Positions 34,243-48,481 of a DNA stretch of 64,000 nt are shown here, one piece after another. How positions within the stretch are numbered: the stretch's first letter is position 1; every line of letters starts with the position of its first letter. Origin of the DNA: Thalia democratica (lineage: Eukaryota). The notes under the pieces are model-generated. The model had not been told where the DNA came from, did no database searches, and was given only the letters and a program-made list of their open reading frames with translations. The position numbers and the translations under genes were made by a program. The stretch is taken from the NCBI GenBank assembly GCA_965202585.1, contig OZ241830.1, forward strand, positions 43,152,001 to 43,216,000. Reading direction: 5' to 3'.

Positions 34243-37200
34243 AAATAAATCTTATTCAAACAGAATAAGTAATAATAAAGTAACATTAAAAACTCCCAAC
34301 TTTATTTTAATATAGCCAATCTGATAATGTTGGTCTGCTGATCTTTTAAAAGGTAAAATAAAAACAAACTTGACAAATATTACAAACTGAAGAGGTTCCA
34401 TTATGACGTATTTCAAAGGTTTTTACTAAACAAACATTGTCACACTTTTGATAGATGTACAGACGTATTACATATAACAAGCAAATGATTAAAAGAAAGA
34501 TACTTATAATGTATATGTACAAAGTTAAAAATAGTACTAGCACATTTTTATTGACTCAAATTTTATTATAAAGTAAGCTCTATAGAATTTTTTTATTAAA
34601 CAAGCATATCAATTTTTACTTGAAAAAATAAGTTTAAATTAAGTGTTATTGAATTCCACTAAAATTTTTTTTAGTTATTAAGTTTTATTTATTCTTTAGA
34701 GAACTCTTAAAAAGCGAGTTTAATGACGTTTTAGTTTAATAAATTACGTTTGAAAATTAGTTTATGTCAAAGTAAACTTTGATGCTAAATAACTAATTCT
34801 TGAAAAAACATTTGCCTGGTAGGACCGCTTTTACCGAGTTAATGTTTGTACAAACTAAATGTCAAAAATGCTTTTAGCACAAGTTTTCTCAAAGGTATAT
34901 TTGTGTTTGCATTTAACTTGCATTGTACTAAACTTAGATTTGACTACTGAAAGACTACAACTAAGTGTAAAAATAAATCAAACATTAATAAATGAAATAA
35001 ATAACTACCAAATTTATAATGTTTTTGCAAAATAAAACTTATTTAGTTAGTGTTTTTAAACTTAATATTTTTTACACCACTTTCTTAACAGTTTATAAAA
35101 ATATAAAAGTTATTATTAGCGTAATAATAAATTCAAAAGTTATAAAAAAAATTATAGTAGTAAAAGTAATAATAAGAATATCATTTAGTTTAAATAGCAG
35201 TAGATTAACAGTAGATAATAGACTAATCTTTGATGAATAACTACATTATAAACTGTTCAATTTCAATCTTTTTTGTTAAAATAAATAAAATCAAAAAGTT
35301 ATAAAAGTTTTCTAAAGTATTAATACTCGTAGGAAGTGAAAATTGTCTTTTTGTCAAAAAAAAAAAAAGTTGATTTAAAATATTTAACTTAATGGAATAA
35401 AACATAAAAAGCTAACTCGGCAAGTCGTGATCAAAATCACCCGTACTAAAATAATCATTTAGTTAAGTTAACAAAAACAAATTGGTCAGCAGTAACCAAA
35501 CGCAGTGCTACTTTAAAGCACAAGTTAAAATTTTAACTCTATAACGTTTCAGATCTTTATTACAAGACAGACTTTCTGTTTTTATGTTTCAATTTATTTC
35601 AAAATTAAATGACTTTTAAAGCAACTACAGCTAAGCAAGGAGATTTTAATTAATTTATGAAACAACTTTTATAAAAAGTTTTTAAACCAAGGCTTTAACC
35701 TTATAAATGTTTAGTTTTTCCAACTTTTAATGCAATAAATTTTATTCAAGAGAGACTAAGGTTTATTAGTGTACTTTTTTCAACCGTTTTATAAAACTTT
35801 TATTAAAAATATATTTTAACCGTTGAACTTGCTGTACACAAAACCTAAACGCTATTTAATAACATTATGCAAATATTTTAAGCTACTTAGTTTTAATATG
35901 AAAAGCTTTATTGAGTCTAGTTACCGGAAAATCTTTAAATGTATATTTGATTGAAAGTTTATACCATCATATATGAATTTCGGAGCGAAAAAGACATTAA
36001 GGCTTCAGACAAATTATCTTTTTAAAACTTTACAGAAGCAGCTAGCTATTTGCAAAAGGACCGTAGGTAGCATTTAACAGTAAAAATTGGTTTAAATCTA
36101 ACTATTTTATCTACAGATAAAAGCTTAAGTCTGTTCTTGGGGCTAAGAGAACTTTTAAATCCGACTTTGAACTTAATGCTGTCAATGAAAGAAGCCTCTT
36201 TGTCGGCTTGTGATGTCAGTTTCTGCGCAGAGAGCATCTCGATGATAATCACCTGATCTGCCGTTTAAAACTATTAGCAGCTTTCTGATTGACATTTAAG
36301 ATAAGGCAACTTTAAAATTTTTACGCTTATAAACTTTTGCAAGTGATAATAAAGGCTCTGAGAGTAGGTTTATAACTGCAAATTCTCTACTTTAGGGCAC
36401 AAATGCTATGCATTTACTTAAAAAGTGTTTATTACACAGTAATGTATACTTTTTCGTTACAAGTCTTAAAATACTAATATTTTTATTTAAAAATAGAACT
36501 TTAGATAAAGTTGAATTTTCAAAACAGGCTGTGTTTTTAGCTTTAAGCAAAAAGTGTTTTTATCTAAAGTTTAAATGTTTGTCTGTTCGAATTTTCCGTT
36601 TTTAATGTTATAACCTTCAAAAAGTTTATTATTCAATCAACATCTTAAATTGCAATCGAAAAAAGCATTGTAAGTTTAATGTCATTTCTTGTAAAATAAA
36701 AGTTATACTTGAAAACGTTTTATTATTCTGCTTTTTACAGAGTTTAAAGGATCTTAATTTTGTCTAAAAATTGGATACTGGGAATTTTTTTTAAATCAAT
36801 AAAAATACATTTTTTGAATATTTTAGCAAATAGGGAAAGAAATCTGATTTATCTAATAAAATGATACACAGACTTGGATAACTAAATAAATTTTCCTAAT
36901 CTTGACAACATTCACTAGAATATATTATAAAAACAACTTTAGATTTTAATGTCTTTTTTGAATGCGTTAAAGCTAACGAGATATGATAATTAAAGATTCT
37001 TTAAAATCTGCATGGTTCCACACGTCTAGTCTGTATTAAATAATCATTAACATTAAAGACATTTAAGTGAATTTTTGGCTATTTACAAAAATTTAAACCG
37101 TTCTACATTCATCATCTTACATTCATTTATGTATGTGTAAAATTTTCGCTATATAACTCGCTCAGATTATTGGTAAAGATGAAGTTGATGTTATCATAAA

Positions 37201-40200
37201 TTATGAATAAACTAACACGTATTCTTTGTATATTGTTTAGAATGCCAATATAAAACTTTTTTTCATTTGTTTTTATGAGTTAAGAGTTTTGAAGGGAAGC
37301 GACCTTTACCTTACATCAAAAAAAGCTTTTAGTCTACAAAGTAGCAACTAAAGTGAAGGTAATTAAATATAATTTAAAGGTTTCTGGCACACCTTAAGGA
37401 AGCCTAACGAATTCAATCAAGCTTTTAAAATAAATATTATTCAAACTCCTCATTATTAATTAAAGTCGAGCAATTAAATGCGTAAACAAACACTATCTGT
37501 TGGTCTAATAATCGGACAAAACGTAAGTTTGCATATTTTTATTTCTTTTTTTTAGTAGAAAGTTTATACTTTTTTAATAAATCTAGATTTAAAACCTTTA
37601 TTGTTTAAAGTATTGGTTGGTACAGCTAAAAAGTAAAACAAAATATATAAGCTTATACTATCAACAATAAGTTTTAATTAACTTAGACCAAAAAGATAAA
37701 AAACACTTGAATTTTTTTATTTTTTTCAAGAGACTAATAAAATGAATAGATATATAGCGTACTAAACATTTTTTAAGAAAATATGAAAATTTGATGTTAT
37801 AATATTCAAAACGTGAGTAAATTATTTTTTGATTATCTAAGCTTTTTGTGTTAGATTATCATAGTTCAGAAATTAGATAAACAAATTTTAAAACTAAAAA
37901 CGATATTTCAAAAATATTTCTAATAAGAAGCAGAGCAATAAGTTAGTAGTTCAGTTTTGAAATAATTGGGGTTTAATTTGTTGTATTTTGTTTGATGAAA
38001 AATGTGTAGTACTTGTAATTTTTAGAAATAAAACAATTTTAGCTATGTAAGACATTTTTAAACTGAAATTTTCCCTTTAACTGTTCGTACTGAAGAAATA
38101 AGATTTTTAAATGTATATAACAAACATGAAGTTTTTCGAAATACAAACTAAAAGGTTTTGTGTTTCTAATGATGTCTTAAGTCGTGTAGTATTTATAGTT
38201 CTACGTCAAAAAAGACTTTACTGATTTGTCAGTTATTAAATACTTACCAAATCGTACTAGACTATCAGTAAAATTCGTGTAAACAATTAAGTTAATCCGA
38301 CTTGATGACTTAATTGGGTTTTTCAGTGGTTTTTCTTAATTGTTTGAATAAGAACAATTAAGAAAAATAATTTTAAGTCTTTAATACTTTCTCGTGACTT
38401 ACGCAGCTGCTGACAATTAAAACTTTTTTATAGTGTAGTTGATTATAATTTACAAATTTTTAAACGATATTCGAGATTTGTTTAGTAAACATGATAAAGT
38501 GGTTGATTTTATGTTTTTTTGATTGAAAGTGTTTACAATTAAACCAAGAAATAACAAGAGTATTTGTATCTATGCGTTGTGCTTAAAACTAGTACAACAA
38601 GTTCGTTTTAACTAGAGTTTGTAAAAATTATAGAAAACTAAATAATAAAATTGAAGCATTTTGAATAGAATGAGTAGTATAAAAATCATAAAGTTTGTAA
38701 AATTAAAACACTTTTTGGTTTGATTTTGAAAACGTTTTGAATCGTAAAACTTACTAACATTTTATCTAGTTAACAAAGCTTTATTAAATCAAAGTCAAGT
38801 TTTGATCTTAGATAAGAGAGAACTAATGCGGTGACTTTATTACAAGTTATTTACGATAAAAATAGTACTAATTGTTGATTTCACAGAATAATTTACTAAG
38901 ATCAAGCTAGTTTACAATAACTGAGCAGTCGTGCAAAAAAAACATAAGAACATTTTCAAGTTACTATCTACGCTTTCAAACTTAACTTAAACTAATCGAA
39001 AACGCAATTAAATTGTCAAGCTCTATCTTGTGATGCATCTAAAAATTACTACAATTAGCTGATTTCGTATACCAACAGAGTGAAAGTTATAAATTTTGTG
39101 TGTTTTATTTTTGATTAATCATGCCAGCCTCGTTTAATTGACGGAAATAGGTTTATGAACTTCGTATGACTCAGTAAATTGTGAAATAGATTAAAAAATC
39201 TTGAACTTTTCAATGTGTATTTGTTTTTAAGTGAAACATTTAATTAAAGTCTTTGATTAAGTAGGAACGAAAACGTTGTTAATGTATAGTTGTATCGTAT
39301 AATAAATAAAAGCATTCAGAAAAGTTAATTTAAACTTAACAATGGTTTTAGAAACCGTATTCTTTTTGATAACCGAAAAGTTGTTTATGTTTTTTTTTAA
39401 TTTGTAATAAAAATAAAAACGGGTATATAAAAGAAAATAATCTTCAAATATACTGAATAAAAACCAAAACCATAAAAACTGTTGAAAAATGCCAACTTGT
39501 ATATGAAATAAAAACTGTAACTTGATTGTTTCTTTGTTACAAATTGAGATAAAAGTCATTAAAATATTTCTAAACACGAAAAAATAAGGTCTTATTTTTA
39601 TAAAAAATAAAAACTAACACATTAAATTAATTTACTTAATTTAATTTCCAACAACTGTAAGAACACAAAGTTACTAAACACTATACCTATGATTTCACTA
39701 CAGTGATAGGTAACATTGAAAAGATAGTTGCAGTCGAATATAATTGTTTTTTTACTAAAAACATTATCTTTTGTATAATTTTTTTTTATATTAATAACAT
39801 CTAGCAAATTTTTTTTTTTAAATTCACAACATTTTGTTGTGTTTTAAATTTACAACATAGTTTAAGTGAACATTATTTTTAAGGTCTACCAATTGAAGCA
39901 TTAGCTAAGAAACGTTTACCACTTTTTTATTTTAATGAAATCAAATTATCTTACTAAGTAACTTAAAGTTTTAAAAAGTACTTAACTTAATGCAATTTTT
40001 ACGTACGCAATATATTGTTCACAATATTAATCTTCTACTAAATTAACTTGTCAAAGTTGTTGGTACTTAACTAAATAACACATTTTATACTAATTATACA
40101 ACTGTGTGAAACTTCAAAAAATATTTTTTAGATATGATAACTGTAAAACTTTACTTTCTATAAGAAACTTTCCAATACCTTCAGGGAAAATGTTTAATGG

Positions 40201-41615
40201 TTGTTCAGTTTGTACAACTAAACTACAAATAGTTTTCTAAAAAGTTTTTATTTGAAAGAATGTGCATAATTTTTTACAACGCAGTAATTTAAAGTGTTAT
40301 TTTTAAAATATTTGATAAAAAACAGTTGTCTAAGTTAAATAACTGTTTAAACAAATTTAGCATTAGTTTTAAACTTTGACGTTTTTAACAAAAAATGTTA
40401 TTTATATTTTATAAGCTTGTTTAAAACTTCTATATAGCTCGAAGAAATGATTGATATTCACGCCTTAAAATATAATTTGCATTATGTTTTGCGTTTCACA
40501 CTTAAACTCTCATAATTTGAGATGTAAAAGTTTTCAGATCTTTTTATTTCAACAACAATTGAAGTCAAGTTCACTACAAACTTAAGATAAAACTATTTTG
40601 ATAATAAATTAAAATTCAAACCCATTATAAACTGTTGCGGTGACAGGCATAAATTTAGACATCAGATTTACTAAATGACTATAAAAATATCGTATGTTTT
40701 TATTAGTTTATCTTTGAAATCTACTAATCGGCAGTTTTTTTTTTATTGAATTAACTTGTGATTACCGTAACGCTGTCTGCCTGAATTTAAAGTGCATCTT
40801 TATTAGTGATAAAAGTTATGCTTAACGATGTTAATGAGTGTTTTTAAAAGATTTAAATTTATTTCCAACTTTTTGCTTTTATAATCGTCGGACGAAATTT
40901 TGCGAAGTACAGAGTAGAAACACTTCAAAAAATTTTACAGATAGACCGTAACAGTCAAAGTTGCTTTTTAAGAGTAAATTTATTTACATACTCTACGTTT
41001 CATATCAAATAGATCTTTATACTTAAAATTCTAAAATCGTTTTTTTATTGCTTTAGTGTCTAGTTTATCATCTAAAGTTAAAATCTTGGAATCATCCCCT
41101 CGTTATACTTTTTGTTCATATTTAAATGACCAGATCAAAAACGAAAAAAATATACGTATACATATATACAATATTTTTACTTTTTTTTTTTTTAAGTCTT
41201 TTGTAAATGTGTATTTATCAGGCAATCAATTATAAAATTTAACTGTAGCAAGTACTAAATCTCAAATTTTAAGCATTAAAAGATAAATTAAATTATTAGT
41301 ACTCATAGAATCACATAGTAACTTTTGGTAAAACAAAATTTTATCTAAAAAATACTATATTATCTGCTGCATTCTAAAAATTATTTTAATAAATATTGAT
41401 AAATTATATTCAAACTTAACTTAATATTTTAGATACTAAGTTTTTTATTAGAAACTTTTTTATTTAAACAAGACTATTTAATTCAAATGTCTTTGTTTAG
41501 AATATTTAAGTTCAGTGTTTTAAATGCAGTATGCTCTTTTTCAACGATCAGGATTCTAAATTGTTCTATAAACACAAGCAATTAGCAATTTTTGCAGTTT
41601 TAATTGGTTACTCAC

Positions 41616-41622
41616 GTATCAT
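41616..41622 (-). CDS. Candidate first coding exon end of teneurin (ATG ATA C | GTGAGT)
   Basis: Phase-1 donor in a GC-richer island with an in-frame stop upstream; splicing to 26105 would give MIRVSSANDT. One of several possible donors. Confidence 0.2.
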
Positions 41623-44600
41623 AAATGCTGCTTCGAATTCACATGGCGACAGGATGAACAACAGCTTATTTATGACCTTTTTGTTACGTCACAGTGTCAT
41701 CTTTTTCTCATGTCAGTTAGGCAAATATATACACAGACTGCACAGTGAAGAGACCACCCAATCGGTCTATTTGTTTTTGTTTTGAAACTTTCATCAGCAT
41801 ATGCTAATATTTATTGATTCGCTTTTGGGATTTTAAACGGCTACGCAAAATAAATTTAATTGACAAAGAATTCTGCTTTATTTAATTAGTTCGCAACTCA
41901 AACACTTTTTTATGTGCTCTATTGTTTTGCGTTACTTTTCTTTTAAATTATTAATGATTTTACTTACTTTGTTTTAATTTCTTTATAGTCTAATACACAA
42001 ATATTTTATTTTCTAAACTGGGTCCAACTAAATTGTAGTTATATAGTTTTACAATTCCAACTAAAGAGTTTTATATTTTTAGAATTTATTTTAGTTATAT
42101 ATCTTAATCATTAAAAATCTATACTTTTTATAAAGTTAGAATTAATACCTTATAAATACAGTAAAAGTTTCTCATTACTGTACACAATTAACATTTAAAA
42201 ATAATTATGTATTCGTTAACCGCTAAATATAAATCGATTTTTACTAAAAACTCTTTTTAATATTTTTTATTTCTTTGCAAACTAAATTGTGCACATTTGA
42301 TCGGATCAGCACAAAAACGCTGCTTGAAAATTTAAATGTAAAGTTTATTTTAATATTCATAAATACGTTATGAACGAAACCGTTTTAAAACTTGACCATG
42401 GCAGAAAAAAAACTACCGATAAAAATTTACTAAATAAAAAAAACTCAACTGTAGAACTTTTTAATGTTTTTTTAAAATTAATTCGTTTTTAACTGCGTTA
42501 ACTTTTAAGTTTAAAGTGTTTTAATAAAATCGCTTCTGAAATCAGGTAGAAATATGCGATTAAGCCGCTAACAACTGCGGTGAAACTCGTTAGCAATGCT
42601 ATTTTATTGCAACAAAAGACATCAATCATCGTTAAACTCGACTGTTGACCGATGTCACAACACTTCACTGGCTCGAAACGAGGACACCGTGCGGTTAACG
42701 TTATATTAGATTAATTGCTAAGTTAAAGTCATTGATTTAAAAAGAAAATCTGAAAAGTTAAACTTTCACATATAAAAAAATGTTTGAAATGTTAAGAATA
42801 AAACTATAGTATTATAAAAGTAATTATTTTAACTAAAGGTTAAAAGTAAACTTATAAACAGAAAACAATTTTTTTTTTTTTTTTCTAATTATTGACTCCG
42901 TAGTTATAAATTGTGTACTTGTTTTTATATTTGTGTTTGTATACTGATGGCTGGTACTACAGTTAAAATTTCCATTTATAATAGCAGTTAAAAAAAAATT
43001 CAAAAGTAAACAGAAAATTAAATTTCTGATTTATATGTAATAACTTTTACCTAAAAACTTAATTAAAGCTAGAAACAAGTTTTTTTTCCTAAAACCAGTA
43101 CATCACGCAAAGTTTTGCTATAAATATTTAAAGACCAAAAATACATTTAAAACTCTTATACTTTTTTAACTTTTAAACAAAAAACGGTTAGCTGGATGCG
43201 CCAGAACAAAGATCCCTAAAATAACAACATTAAAGCTATATACAAGATGACCACACACATGAAATGCCGACCACACGTATAAGTGCAAGTATAAGTGTAT
43301 TACAACTTACCTTTGACACATATGAGTTAGGCACAATTCCCCCCTGCTGACAGTTGAAGCTTACTTTGATAAAACTTACTGAACTTTTCTAGTCACAAGC
43401 GTTTTTTATTAGCTTTTGTACTACATTTATTATTTTTTCTCAACAAAAAATTTATAAACTATGAATATTTACTTAAGTATAAAGCAATTATTTGAAAATA
43501 ACAAAGCATTAAAGCTTAACTGAAAAACTTATTCTAGAATTTAGATATTTGGGTTGTGTTTAACTTTTATAACTTAGTTTTAAGTATTGTACTTTTTAAA
43601 GTGTAGTTTTATTTATTAACAAAAAAAATGTTTTATTTTTTTATAACCATAACCCTAAGTTTTTAAATGCCATTTTTAAGGTTTTCTTCTTCAATGTAGT
43701 TGAAGTTTCGTTGCTTCAAAATTGGACTTTTCGTAGAAAAACTCTCAAAATGACAATTTATTTTAAAATCTGAACTATTCCCCACCCTTATTAATACTTT
43801 CTTTTATCTGTAGTTACAAATCTTTATTATTGCCAATTAAACTCAATCATGGGACTTAATTTCGTAAACAACCTTGAAAAGTTGAGTGCTGTTGTTTTAA
43901 AAGACTCATCTTTGTGCAAACACGAGGCGCCTCACGCTGCAAAAGCATTTTAATGAACGACGATTTTATGTAATTACACGCTGTTACACGCTCGCATGAC
44001 CTTTTGAAAAAGGTACAAAATTTTGAAAATGCAAAGTATTTGAGGACGAAGGAAATACGAAACTGGGGCTTGCTATCTCAAATGCTAATCGTTTATACTA
44101 AACTTGAAACTTGATCAGGACCTCAATGCGTTATAATACTTAAGTTTAAAAGAAATTAAGACTTTGTGTAATTCAATTAAAACTCAAAGTAAAGTGTTAT
44201 TGAAATTTTTGAAATATGACAGTAAGTTATTTAAATTTATTTAATATTAAGTTAATGGTTCTAAGTTAAGAATGATAAATCTTTTATTTTGAAACTAAAT
44301 ACACCAGAATTTAAAGCAGTCCTTACTAAGTTCTTAGTTAGTTTAAACTAAAAGAAATACTTACGATAAATATTTTCTGTTTTGTATATAGATAATGTGG
44401 GAAAATAGTTCAAAATGACGTAAATATAAAGGAGAAGTATTTTCATCTTTCAAATTATAAAAGTAGTGAATGAAGTTTCCGGGTTAGTACTTAAAGTAAC
44501 GCTTACTTTAAATACACTTATTGAAAACTAAATCTGTTAGTTTTAGTAACTATGTAAGCTATTTATGAAAAGACAATATTTTATTGATCTAGGTTTATAA

Positions 44601-44856
44601 GTATATATTTATAGTTTTATTTGTTAAATCTAAACTGTGTTTGTGTTCAATATTTTAAGTAATAAATGTACCATTTTTGTTTTACTGAAGTCGAAAAAAT
44701 ACTAAATTAACTACTTCAAACAAGATAAAACTAGTGCTTGCACTTACATTTATCGTGAGGCTCAGTTATTAAAAACGGCCGAGCGCCGCAAAACTTACAA
44801 TTTAAATTCGAAAATAAAGGTGCTGAATAATTCAAGTCGCTCGGTTGGGCGGCAAA

Positions 44857-45050
44857 ATGACATTATTAATTATATTGACATTGGTTCTGCTGCTGCCAAC
44901 CAAGCACGGCGGCTGTTTATTAGACTGGAAGAACGTCGATTTCATTCACTCTCCACCACGAAGCAGCGAGCCTCATAACGAGCGAACTCATGATAATATT
45001 GACAGCAGCATCGATTTTTTCGGGTATCAAGTCAGAGTTGGCTTGAAGAG
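44857..45050 (+). CDS. Integrin alpha exon 1 (signal peptide to FFGYQVRVGLK)
   Basis: aaaATG start; AG|GTGAGT donor; phase 2. Confidence 0.88.
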
Positions 45051-48000
45051 GTGAGTCTCGGCGTGATTTCGGTTTGGTAGCCTACTGAGTGTAAACAAAA
45101 TGCATACTGAAAATATCTGAAAAATGTGTAGAAAAATGTTTCTCTTAAAAGTAATAAATAATGAACTTTACCGCAAGATCAACAACAACAGCAGATCAAA
45201 AGCTCGATGTTTTTTTCAGGCACATCTTTATTGGAGCACCTTACAGGAGAACATCAGTTGACTATTCCGACCCTAAATGTCAGTAAGTATGATTCATTTT
45301 ACTTTATAGTTATGTCTTAAAAAATTGTCTATATAGTTGATAGTTTAAAGTATATTGATTTTTCTCCTCATAATATTATTAGCTTTCACATATAACAGTA
45401 GCTTGAAGTAGTTGCTGTATTGATTCCTCTTAAATAAAAAGTAACGTTTTTTAAGATAGTTTATAACAAAATAAACCAAAACCTTCATATCGTATACAAA
45501 GATTACATATTTTGCTTTAAAAATTCAAACGTGTTTGTTCGTATCTTTTAACTTTCTGCAGATGCAATAATGTTGCACGGTAATAAGGTCACATTAAAAA
45601 CATGCCATTCGACCACCCAAATCACACACAATCGTCGCGACATATGCCACTGTATTATTTGATTGACTCTTGAGCAAAATATATTTTCAATATTGCGAGA
45701 GTTATTTAAGTTTTCAAGTAAATTGTGTGCTATGTTGTATCTAGCTCATTCTTAAAATAATAAAACTAAAGTTAAACAGTTAGTAACACTTAAAAAAAAG
45801 AGTGTTTCACTTAATTTTGTTCTGTCATTTTATAGATTACCAAAAGAAACTAGTTTAAATTTTTGTATAAATGACAAAACTATTTGTAGAAAATAAACTA
45901 TACCTGGTAAGATACGAGTATCAAAACTGGTTTTTTAGCACTTTTTTTCATTAAATAGTTTTCGTATATTTTTACTATTTGTAAATATTTTATTAGAAAT
46001 AAGTGAACTTAAACACTGATAAAGCTATTATTATAAATTATTTAGAATTTTAAACTAAAAGGCAAAGTGTAAACCTCGTTATCAATCATTACTAAATTTT
46101 ACATTTGCTCTTCGTTAACATCATGCGGATAAAAGTTTTAATGTTTAATATAACTATCGACTCTGGAACAGCTTTTATGTATCATATTTTTGATCTTTTA
46201 CCGTATTTTAGCTTTAAGTTATACGATTATGTATTTTAATATATCGTAATTTTAGTATATATTTTATTAATATATATTAGTTTATTTATCTATATAAATT
46301 CATTTTAATAAATATTAAAACTAATAAGTAGTAATTTATAGACTATGTTAATTGTTTTACACAGTTTATTGAGTTATCCATCGTCATCATTTATTTAAAT
46401 CTTATATAAAACTAAGTAAACTTTATATTACTTTTTTTAGTAAAAAATATAATAGTTCTTTTATCTTAAAAGCAAAAATCTGTAACAATTTTACTAAACA
46501 ATTTTTTGTTTTAAACATTTGTATACTTTAAGAAGTGAAACTGATGTTAAAAAACATAAAAAATATACTTAGCAATGTAGAATCTTTCGCAACTATAACC
46601 ATTAACAGTATTATCTACATAGCTAAATATTTTCATTAAAATATTTTTTGATTAATTCTAAAGTTTAGTCTATTTATATTCAATCGACCATTTTAAAACT
46701 TTATCTTTTAGAATAGTAAAGAATAGTAATAACCTATCATTAACCATTAACCTCTAAAAGCTGTAGAAACTATTTTTATTCAAATGAACACATGTATACA
46801 CCTATTTTAGCTTCTATTCTTTCCTTACAGTATTTATTTTTTACAGAACCCAGTTGAAGTGTGTTAATCCGTTAACACAGAGAAACATATGTCGGTATTA
46901 TAAAAGTAGTACTGTATAATTTGTTCTTATAATTTAAAGAATATTAACATTATCATAAATTCTGTAAAGTTATTAATGTTAACATATTAACTAAATATTA
47001 ATGCTTTATTAAAACATTTTATAAAACAAACATTGCAAAGTTTTTATTTAAATTTTTTTTAGATATGTGAATGGATTATTAAAAAAAATTACTTTCAAGT
47101 TAAATAAAATACAAACGTTTTTTTTATATAATTATATTTTAATTGATATACTCAGTCTTTTTTTACTATTCTACAAAACTTTATGCAGTTATTGTTGTTA
47201 ATATTACAACATAAAACTATGTTTTAACTAATGTTTTTTGTACGCAAATATTTTCTTAAGGACGTTTAACTGCTAAAAGTAATAAGGTACAACAAAAAAA
47301 TAACATTTGAAGAAAAAGTTGTATGCAATGTTTATTTATATATAGTTGTTATAAATACCTTTTTAGAAGTAAAACCACTATTTTTTTTTATAGTTTCAAA
47401 TTATAGAACACTTTTATAATAAATTAATACTTTAAGAAGTTATTAAGTTTTACAAAAATTAATAATTTTAAATATCTAATGCAACTGTAGAACGTCATCT
47501 TAGTCTTTTTATTCAACAAAAACAGAGGAGGGCACGGAGGGGAAGTATTTAGGACAAATCAGTACAAAAAACACGGTGATGGGGAAAACATAACATTTTC
47601 GAAACCTATTAGACCTTCTTACCAGACCCTACCATCTGACACATTTGGCCTGGATATTGTAAGACACAACAAAGTCTCCGTTGTAGTTAGTTCTGATTTT
47701 GACCATTATTTACTTAAACTTTTTTTTCTGAACAAAGATGCTAAAGGCAGATGATCAGCTTCTTGTTAAGGATAGTGTTCTTTATTCTCTAAAATATTTT
47801 TTTTATTCAAATAATTGTTTTCAAAATTCTACAAATTTTATTGCATAACATAGTTTAATATATATTATTATTAATAATTAATAAACGTTTTTTGAGGACG
47901 GGTTGTAAACGTTTTAAACTTATATGTTGCTTATATGCTATAGCTTATTTTTATACAAAACTAAAAAAATACTCTAGATACTTTCTTATTTATAATGTAT

Positions 48001-48445
48001 AATTATTTTTACAACCAACATTTTGTTAAAAATTTAAACTTGCACCATAGGCATGTTCAGTCACAAGAAAAATAGAATGTGGCTCACAATACAGTCAGCC
48101 AGGGTTCTGTTACAAAGCAGGAGGTGTCAAGCAAACTTGGTTTCGTTTTTACCCTGGTTCTAGCCACGGTATGTTTCCTTATTTGGTTGTTAGCTGTTTC
48201 TTAATGGTAATTTCAATAACTAAGTACTGTTTATAAGGCACTGATGTATAAATTGTTATCATCAAGTATCAATCATTTGAGGAAAATATTAATTACTTAT
48301 TTGTCTGAACAGAGTTTTTTTTAAGAGCTCAATGCTAATATACGTACAAAATATTTAACTATGTTTTGTAATACTTTAAGTTAAAAATTTTAAGTCCAGT
48401 TTTTTAAAGCAGAATTTTAAGCATTATTAAATTTTAACTATTAGC

Positions 48446-48481
<36 letters not shown>

